Part shown: positions 58,101 to 64,000 of the stretch, piece by piece | How the letters are laid out: each line of letters begins with the position of its first letter | How positions within the stretch are numbered: position 1 is the first letter of the stretch | Assembly: GCA_913055915.1 (NCBI GenBank) | Contig: CAJXKL010000001.1 | Location: 39,576 to 103,575, forward strand | DNA length: 64,000 nt | Source: an uncultured Candidatus Nemicrothrix sp. | GTDB lineage: Bacteria > Actinomycetota > Acidimicrobiia > Acidimicrobiales > MedAcidi-G1 | Direction: 5' to 3' | Made by a program: the position numbers and the translations under genes | The notes under the pieces: model-generated | What the model was told of the DNA's origin: nothing | The model's database searches: none | Seen by the model: the letters and a program-made list of their open reading frames with translations, nothing else

Positions 58101-59734
58101 ATCGCGTCGAGAGGGGGGTTCGTCACCTGGGCGAAGAGTTGCTGGAAGTAGTCGTACACGAGCCTGGGGTGACCGGACAGCACGGCAACCGGTGTGTCCG
58201 AGCCCATCGATCCGATTGCCTCCTTGGCGTCCCTGGCCATCGGTGCGATCAGGAGCTTCAGCTCCTCGAGCGTGTACCCGAATACCTGCTGTCGGCGGAC
58301 TACCTGTGCGTCTGGTTCCGTCGCCTCACTTCCGGCAGGTAGGTCTCCCAGATGAACAAGGTTGCCGTCCAGCCATTCCCGGTAGGGCCGGGCTGAGGCC
58401 AGATCCGCCTTGATCTCGTTGTCCCTGATGATCCTCCCCTCGACTGTGTCGATGAGGAACATCCGGCCGGGCTCAAGGCGGCCCTTTTCGATGATCTTCG
58501 ACGGGGCGATGTCGACCACGCCGACCTCGCTGGCCATCACCACCAGGTCATCGTCGGTGACCCAGTAGCGGCTCGGCCTGAGGCCGTTGCGGTCGAGCAC
58601 CGCTCCGATCACCGAACCGTCCGTGAATGCGATCGAGGCTGGCCCGTCCCAGGGTTCCATCAGGGAGGAGTGGTACTCATAGAAGGCCAGCCGGTCAGGA
58701 TCCATCTCACGGTGCCTCTCCCAGGGCTCCGGAATCATCATCATTACGGCTTCGGGCAGTGGGTAGCCGCCGAGGTAGAGGAGTTCCAGGGCCTCGTCGA
58801 AGCCGGCGGTGTCGCTGGCCCCCGGAGTACAGATCGGGAATATCCGTTCCAGATCACCGGGAAGCAGATCGCTCCGAAGCAGTGCCTCCCGGGCGCGCAT
58901 CCAGTTCCGGTTGCCCTGCACGGTGTTGATCTCGCCGTTGTGGGCAATGAATCGGTAGGGGTGCGCAAGGGGCCACGAGGGAAAGGTGTTGGTCGAGAAC
59001 CGGGAGTGCACGAGTGCCATTGCACTGCTCATGCGAGGATCGGTCAGATCAGGGAAGAACTCGGCAAGTTGGGTTGTGGTGAGCATCCCCTTGTAGACGA
59101 TTGTCCGGGACGAGAGAGAGGCGAAGTAGGCACCGTCGTGCCCGGTACCCACCGTTCCCACTCCCCCTGCCGGTGTTGTGTTCCGGTTGAGCTCTATCTC
59201 GTGTTCGGTCCGCTTCCGGAGCATGTAGGCGTGTCGGTCCAGGTCGAGACCCGAAAGCCTCCCATTTTCGGTGTCGCAGGAGGCGATGAACACCTGGCGG
59301 AACGTCGGCTCAGCGGCCCTGGCCACTGAGCCGATCATCGAATTGTCAACGGGCAGGTCCCGCCAGCCCACGATTTCCAACCCCTCCTCTTCTGCAAGTG
59401 AGGCAATGGAGGACTCCACCGAGGCTGCATCAAGGGCATCACGCGGCAGAAAGGCGATTCCGGTCGCATACTCGCCGGGCGCCGGCAGTTCGAAGTCCAC
59501 GATTTCCCGGTAGAGGGCATCGGGTATCTGCACGAGAATGCCAGCACCGTCACCGGTGTTCTTCTCGGCACCGAGTGCACCGCGATGGGCCATGTTGCAG
59601 AGGGCACCGATGCCAAGTTCCACGATTTCATGGCTGGCCTGGCCGCGCAGATGGCACACGAAGTTGACGCCGCATGCGTCGTGTTCAAAGCGGGGGTCGT
59701 AGAGACCTGTGCCTTGTGGCCTTGGTGTTGACAT
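55118..59734 (-). CDS. gltB: Glutamate synthase large subunit
   Basis: 1538 aa. The N-terminal amidotransferase domain starts at EHDACGV. FMN and GXGXG domains are recognisable. Confidence 0.95.
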   Translation of the reverse strand: MSTPRPQGTGLYDPRFEHDACGVNFVCHLRGQASHEIVELGIGALCNMAHRGALGAEKNTGDGAGILVQIPDALYREIVDFELPAPGEYATGIAFLPRDALDAASVESSIASLAEEEGLEIVGWRDLPVDNSMIGSVARAAEPTFRQVFIASCDTENGRLSGLDLDRHAYMLRKRTEHEIELNRNTTPAGGVGTVGTGHDGAYFASLSSRTIVYKGMLTTTQLAEFFPDLTDPRMSSAMALVHSRFSTNTFPSWPLAHPYRFIAHNGEINTVQGNRNWMRAREALLRSDLLPGDLERIFPICTPGASDTAGFDEALELLYLGGYPLPEAVMMMIPEPWERHREMDPDRLAFYEYHSSLMEPWDGPASIAFTDGSVIGAVLDRNGLRPSRYWVTDDDLVVMASEVGVVDIAPSKIIEKGRLEPGRMFLIDTVEGRIIRDNEIKADLASARPYREWLDGNLVHLGDLPAGSEATEPDAQVVRRQQVFGYTLEELKLLIAPMARDAKEAIGSMGSDTPVAVLSGHPRLVYDYFQQLFAQVTNPPLDAMREELITAVSGNIGAEANLLDPTAQSCSQIRIPHPVLTEAELAAITRLDGLVEPSRFNTAVLDARYPVIDGGIGLTRALKRLESEASAAIRNGANVIVISDRGADSDLAPVPSLLATGAVHHHLIAEKTRTLVGIVVESGDVREVHHVALLLGFGAGGICPYMAFESIDLMLETGSHGLPPTLTPESARRNFIRACDKGILKVMSKMGISTVASYTGAQIFEAIGLGAEVIDLCFRGTVSRLGGVGFDVLADEVSLRHAVAFPERPEERAHRTLEVGGEYQWRREGEHHLFNPESVFRLQHATRTGRYDIFRQYTRLVDDQARNLATLRGLFRLRDDLRPSISIDEVEPVSEIVRRFATGAMSYGSISAEAHETLAIAMNRLGGKSNTGEGGEDPSRYVPERNGNQRRSAIKQVASGRFGVTSDYLVNSDDLQIKMAQGAKPGEGGQLPGHKVYPWIARTRHSTPGVALISPPPHHDIYSIEDLAQLVHDLKNSNPTSRVHVKLVAEVGVGTVAAGVSKAHADVVLISGHDGGTGASPLTSIKHAGAPWELGLAETQQTLLMNDLRDRIVVQVDGQLKTGRDVVIAALLGADEFGFATAPLVVSGCVMMRVCHLDTCPVGVATQNPELRKKFSGKPEFVVTFFEYLAEEVREILASLGFRSIQEAIGQVEVLDTLEAVEHWKASHLDLKPILHMPDIPESAARCNTTGQDHGLEAALDNDLIRMAAASLENGSPTIISCPVQNVNRTVGTMLGYEVTRRHGGNGLPDDTIRVNLEGSAGNSLGAFVPKGITLRLSGDANDYVGKGLSGGRIVITPPTDSPFIASEQVIAGNVILYGATSGEAFIRGRVGERFCVRNSGALAVVEGVGDHGCEYMTGGRAVVLGGIGRNFAAGMSGGIAFVHDPTGSSRGRVNAEMVMLEEPDDEDREWLQAVIGRHLEETGSAVAEALLGDWTTTGRYFFKVMPVDYKRVLEAAAAARASGSDEVEAIMASTRS

Positions 59735-59979
59735 CGGTTCCTACCTGTACGCATTCATGCTGATATCAGAGGTAAACCAGGGCCTGGGCGTCGTCGACCA
59801 GGGCCACCGGCTGCCAGGGGCAACCTCCGACACGGCCACGACGGTGGGGCTTCCCCGCCGGCTGGGCCGACAGTTGGGGCGGAGAGGCGCAGGTCTGCAT
59901 CCGTCTCCCGAATCTGAGCACCCAATATAGGCCGGTTTGGCTCACCAGCCCATCTCGGGATGAAGCCCGGCTGGACAGG

Positions 59980-61509
59980 TCAGTGGGAGCGGATTTGCTT
60001 CTGGAGGGTCCTGTAGGGAGCAACCAGCATCAGGAGCATCGGAAAGAGTTCCAGCCGTCCGACGAGCATCAAGAAGGCCAGCACCATGCGTGCAGGTGTT
60101 GAGAAGCCGTCAACGAAAGAAGCCGTTGGCCCGGCCCGGTTCAGGGCGGGGCCCATGTTGCCCAGTGAGCCGATGACGCCGCCAAGCGCTGTTACCAGAT
60201 CGGTTCCGAGAGCCGCTACTACGAGCGTCCCTGAACCCACGAGCATTCCGTAGACGACCATGAAGCCCGCTATTCGCTCAACGAGGGGCTCCGCCATTAC
60301 TCCGGTTCCGTAGCGCACGGGCAGAACAGCCCTCGGGTGGCGGACGCCGCGGAGCGTTCTGCGGGTGTGGGACAGGCCGACGATGAGCCTCATGACCTTC
60401 ACACCACCTGAGGTGGAACCAGTGCAGCCACCTGACATCAATAGGATCAGAAGGATGAGTTGGGGTCCCGCAGCCCACCTCACGAAGTCGCCGTCGCTGC
60501 CCGGTCCCGTGGCGTTGCCGAAGCCTCCGCTGGTACCGAGCGTGACGACGTTGAAGGCGGCGGAGCGGAGTGCTCGCGCAAGTCCCATGCCGTCGTCGAC
60601 CAGCAGGATTGTCACTACCAGGGTGGCACCGGTCAATAGCCAGATGTAGGAACGGAACTCCGGGTCGCGGTGGTGGACCGGCTTCCTGGAGGCAAGGGAC
60701 CTCGAGTGCAGGGTGAAGTTGGCTGCACCGAGTATGAGGCCGATCATGATGACCATCTCTACAGCGACGCTGTCCCAGTATCCGATGGATGTGTCCCTTG
60801 TGGAGAAGCCTCCCGTTGATGCCGTGGTGAACGCGTGTGCAACGGCATCGAACAGCGACAGCCCAACTGCCATGAGGGCGACTGCGATCAGGGCGGTGAG
60901 GCCGGCGTAGAGATACCAGAAACGCCTGGCTGTCTGGGCCATTCGGGGTGCCAGGCGGTCACCGCCCTCTCCCGGAGCCTCTGCGCCGATCAGGCCGAGG
61001 CCACTGGCTCGCAGCGCTGGAAGAACGGTCACGACCAGCACGACAATTCCCATACCGCCGATCCACTGGGTGAACTGGCGATACATCAAGATGCCCGGAC
61101 CCTGGTCACCGATCAGGTTGTGGGATCCGAAGACCGTTGAACCGGTGCAGGAGAACCCGGAGACCGACTCAAACAGTGCGTCGGCGAGAACCACCGGAAA
61201 GCCGGTGCCGGTTCGTTGAAAGGTTCCAGCGAACAGGTAAGGGAGTGCCCCAAATAGGGAGACGATGAGCCACGTCCCGGCTACCGCGGAAAAGACCGTT
61301 GCACGGTCTATCTGGCCGGGTCGTGTCCACAGCCACAGCACCGCTCCGGGTATGAGGGTCACCAGAGCAGCCAACACCATCGCTGTTCCCTGCTTCCCGC
61401 CAAGGGCCTCGATCACCGCCGTTCCGAATATGCCGCCGGCGACGAAGAGGAGGGCGATACCGGTCACCTGACCGGTAGTGGTCTCCCACCTGGCTGCCGG
61501 TCGTCTCAC
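59980..61509 (-). CDS. trkH: TrkH-family potassium uptake membrane subunit
   Basis: Polytopic 509-aa protein with repeated pore-loop-like GGF/GGS segments. GTGA overlap with the upstream paralog. Confidence 0.8.
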   Translation of the reverse strand: MRRPAARWETTTGQVTGIALLFVAGGIFGTAVIEALGGKQGTAMVLAALVTLIPGAVLWLWTRPGQIDRATVFSAVAGTWLIVSLFGALPYLFAGTFQRTGTGFPVVLADALFESVSGFSCTGSTVFGSHNLIGDQGPGILMYRQFTQWIGGMGIVVLVVTVLPALRASGLGLIGAEAPGEGGDRLAPRMAQTARRFWYLYAGLTALIAVALMAVGLSLFDAVAHAFTTASTGGFSTRDTSIGYWDSVAVEMVIMIGLILGAANFTLHSRSLASRKPVHHRDPEFRSYIWLLTGATLVVTILLVDDGMGLARALRSAAFNVVTLGTSGGFGNATGPGSDGDFVRWAAGPQLILLILLMSGGCTGSTSGGVKVMRLIVGLSHTRRTLRGVRHPRAVLPVRYGTGVMAEPLVERIAGFMVVYGMLVGSGTLVVAALGTDLVTALGGVIGSLGNMGPALNRAGPTASFVDGFSTPARMVLAFLMLVGRLELFPMLLMLVAPYRTLQKQIRSH

Positions 61510-63005
61510 AGGTCTGCTCCGTATTTGCGCGCCATGTAGCGCCGCCTGAGCCTGATCCTGTCGCGCAGCAACTTCAGGAGGGCAGCGACCGCTACAACGG
61601 CTGGATATATCGACAGCCGACCGAAGACCATCGCCGGCAGGAGCGCAAGGCGGGCCGTTCGTGGCCAGTCGGCTGGGTCCAGCATGGCTCCATCGATGCC
61701 ACGTACCGGTCCAGCGGTTGCGGTGGCGTGTACAGCCGCTGAGAGGGAGTCAGCCAGATCGAGGCCGAACACAGCGACTAGGAAGGCTGTGGAGAAGATG
61801 ACTGCAACGAAGAGAAACTGCAGGATGACGATCTGGCGGAGGGTGTCCTCGCCGGCAACACGCCCAGCCAGGCGCACCTTCAGCACTGCCCTGGGGTGTA
61901 GTTGTCGGGCCATTTCACGAAGGGCCAACCTCATGAGGATTCGATGCTGGCGCACCTGGAGACCACCACTGGGGGAACCACTCATTGCCCCGACCGAGAC
62001 AAGCAGCAGCAGCAGAACTGGTGCAGCCGTCGCCCATTCACCGGGAACATCCATTGGGAATCCAGTGGTCGATACCGATGCTGCGACCACGAACAGCAGG
62101 CGGCGTACAGCGGCGATGTCGACTCCTGTCGACCACAGGACCAACAGAAGCACACCTGCAACGTGCAGCCCCAGGTACGGCGCAAGGCCTGTCTGACGCT
62201 GAAGCCCTCGCCCGCCCACGATCACGTGCCAGAGCGTGACCATGCTTGATCCGGCGAGGAGCATCCCGGCAATCGCCACCCACTGGACCGACGGGTCTGC
62301 GAACTCGTCGGGGCTGTTGGTGAAGCCGCCGGTGGAAACGGTGGACATGGCAAGCAACAGGCTGTCGAAAGGTGACTTTCCTGCCAGCATGTAGGCGGCC
62401 CAGATGAGTCCGGTTCCAGGTACGTACAAGCGGGCGATGTTGCGGGTTGCCGACACTTCGTCGGGTGCCAGCGGTCGGTATCCACCGGAACGCGACCGGT
62501 CGGCGAACTCCCTGCCGAAGCCGAAGAAGGGCAGAATCACAATGCCGACCAGAAGGGCGGTGAAGCCACCCAACCACTGGCTGCCGGCCCGTATGAAACG
62601 CAGCCCATGCCCGAGGCCAGTCGGGTCAAGGACGCTCATTGCCGTGGTGGTTATGCCGGTTGTCGCCTCGAATAGGGCATCGTCGGGCTGTTGCGCCGCT
62701 CCAGTCACGAGGTACAGGCCTGACACGAGGAGTATTCCCAGGGTCACTGCCAGTGTTGTCGCGGCGATGATGTCGGCGGGCCTGACGTTGACCGGGCCTG
62801 CAACACGGCGAAATAACAGAGCCCCGAGCAGGCCCATACCGCTACCCGAGACCAGCAGGGTCATCGAATCGGAACCCGTACCGATCAGGTCAATGAGCCC
62901 TGAACAGACAGCCAGGCCTCCGACCATGAGGAGGGAAGCGGACGCAGCCCATGCGGTAGCGGCCGTCCAGGAGGCCCATGGGCGACTGTTGGCACCGGTG
63001 GCCAC
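61506..63005 (-). CDS. trkH: TrkH-family potassium uptake membrane subunit (second paralog)
   Basis: 499-aa polytopic protein with the same architecture (TTGF, STGGF segments). Confidence 0.75.
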   Translation of the reverse strand: MATGANSRPWASWTAATAWAASASLLMVGGLAVCSGLIDLIGTGSDSMTLLVSGSGMGLLGALLFRRVAGPVNVRPADIIAATTLAVTLGILLVSGLYLVTGAAQQPDDALFEATTGITTTAMSVLDPTGLGHGLRFIRAGSQWLGGFTALLVGIVILPFFGFGREFADRSRSGGYRPLAPDEVSATRNIARLYVPGTGLIWAAYMLAGKSPFDSLLLAMSTVSTGGFTNSPDEFADPSVQWVAIAGMLLAGSSMVTLWHVIVGGRGLQRQTGLAPYLGLHVAGVLLLVLWSTGVDIAAVRRLLFVVAASVSTTGFPMDVPGEWATAAPVLLLLLVSVGAMSGSPSGGLQVRQHRILMRLALREMARQLHPRAVLKVRLAGRVAGEDTLRQIVILQFLFVAVIFSTAFLVAVFGLDLADSLSAAVHATATAGPVRGIDGAMLDPADWPRTARLALLPAMVFGRLSIYPAVVAVAALLKLLRDRIRLRRRYMARKYGADL

Positions 63006-63028
63006 AGGGTCAGCGAGCCCCGGACGGG

Positions 63029-64000
63029 TCAGGCGAACAGGGCGGTGACCCTGTCGACAGACTCCGGTTTGGCGAGGACCACGACATGGTCCCGGGCGCG
63101 CAGGGTGCTACGCCCGCGGGCGATCTGAGCCTTACCGTCCCTGACGATGGCTCCGATCAGCGAGTCATGCGGCATGTGCAGTTCTGCCACCGTGCTCCCG
63201 GCACATTGGCAGGAGTCTGATACGGCGAATTCCAGGATTTCGACGTCTCCCCGGAGATAGGTAGCCACGGCTGTAACAGTTCCGACATCGCCGCGTACAA
63301 ACCTGAGCACGCTGTTGGCCGTGGCCGTCCTGGGGCTGAGGGTCGCTCCAACCCGATGTGTGTCCAGGAGGTCCAGAAGCTTGAGCCTATGCACCACGGC
63401 GATGGTCTTCAGGCCCCCCTCGGTTCCGTTGCGCATGGCTCCGGCTGCCTGGGCGTAGAGGCATGCCAGGACGTTGGAGTCGTCCTCACCGGTAAGTGCG
63501 ATCACGACGTCCTGTCCACCCACGTCAGCTTCTTCGAGCATGTCAGCATCAACAATGTCGCCCCGGAGCACAAGGGTTCCTGGCAGCTCCGCAGCGAGTT
63601 CTTCGGCCCGCCGCTCGTCGAGTTCGATTATCGCAACGTCGATTCCGCGGTTGATGAGAGCCTCGGACAGCATCTGTGCGGTACGGCCTCCGCCAAGCAG
63701 AAGGGCGCGGGTTGGCATGTCGCGGGCAATTCCCAGCCGGTGGGTGACGTCTTTTAGGGCCCGACGCTTGCAGATGATTCGAAGAAGGTCGCCCTCGGCA
63801 AGGACAGCGTCGGCCCGGGGGATGAAGGTCGTCTTCTTGACGGAGTGGTCGCGGGCCTTCTCTTGCCGGGTGATGGAGCCGACGATGAAGTCCCAGTCAG
63901 GTTCCAGGTCGCTGCCCAGGGCGCCGAGGGTGACACCGACCAGCGGTGCGTGTGCGGGAAGTCTCGCACCAATGGCCACCACCTCACCGTCCGCCATCTG
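63029..64000 (-). CDS. trkA: Trk system NAD-binding subunit TrkA; 5' end lies beyond the window
   Basis: LLLGGGRTAQMLSE Rossmann motif plus TrkA_C-like segments. The ORF is still open at 64000. Confidence 0.85.
   Translation of the reverse strand, partial: QMADGEVVAIGARLPAHAPLVGVTLGALGSDLEPDWDFIVGSITRQEKARDHSVKKTTFIPRADAVLAEGDLLRIICKRRALKDVTHRLGIARDMPTRALLLGGGRTAQMLSEALINRGIDVAIIELDERRAEELAAELPGTLVLRGDIVDADMLEEADVGGQDVVIALTGEDDSNVLACLYAQAAGAMRNGTEGGLKTIAVVHRLKLLDLLDTHRVGATLSPRTATANSVLRFVRGDVGTVTAVATYLRGDVEILEFAVSDSCQCAGSTVAELHMPHDSLIGAIVRDGKAQIARGRSTLRARDHVVVLAKPESVDRVTALFA

Noticed and set aside
59735-59979. 245-nt leader/promoter region upstream of gltB, considered as a possible glutamine- or nitrogen-responsive riboswitch.
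   Set aside because: I could not find the glnA-RNA core or any other recognisable riboswitch motif. There is only a TATATT -10-like element. A gap of ordinary promoter size for a divergent boundary explains it adequately.

Overview
High-GC (about 62-65% by spot counts), very gene-dense chromosomal segment from an Actinomycetota genome. Lineage markers are the Pup-proteasome system, PafBC, FbiC/F420 and DUF4193. There are about 60 protein genes on both strands, many joined by 1-4 nt start/stop overlaps.

Left to right:
- gcvP, cut by the window edge and absent from the ORF track, preceded by a tandem glycine riboswitch.
- A nucleotidyltransferase and a 5'-nucleotidase.
- A terminator-bounded small membrane-protein gene preceded by a 0.76-kb ORF-free, hairpin-dense tract.
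- A GDPD phosphodiesterase, pyk, mobA plus a rhodanese, rnd, a ClC channel, glcDEF, fbiC plus a LOG-family gene, tal-tkt, a FIST protein and a PBP4-type carboxypeptidase.
- A five-cistron translationally coupled operon around trmI.
- The complete Pup-proteasome locus arc-dop-pup-prcB-prcA-pafA-pafB-pafC, running directly into lepB, tatA-tatC and a Ski2/HelY-like helicase.
- A double-length ThyX-like protein, DUF4193, GNAT, NUDIX, a crotonase and an RG-rich hypothetical protein.
- A ~1.2-kb low-GC insertion carrying only a tyrosine integrase, then a decayed L,D-transpeptidase gene, a DnaQ-like exonuclease, an MFS transporter, gltBD and trkA-trkH-trkH.

I saw no rRNA, tRNA, CRISPR array or recognisable defence or toxin system, and no clear-cut novel multi-gene system. 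The least explained element is the ORF-free structured tract at 3994-4757. Other second-look items are the integrase-only island with its palindromic operator, the triple-lesion L,D-transpeptidase pseudogene, the long ThyX-like protein and the coupled trmI envelope operon. All protein calls rest on motif recognition by eye; no database search was possible.
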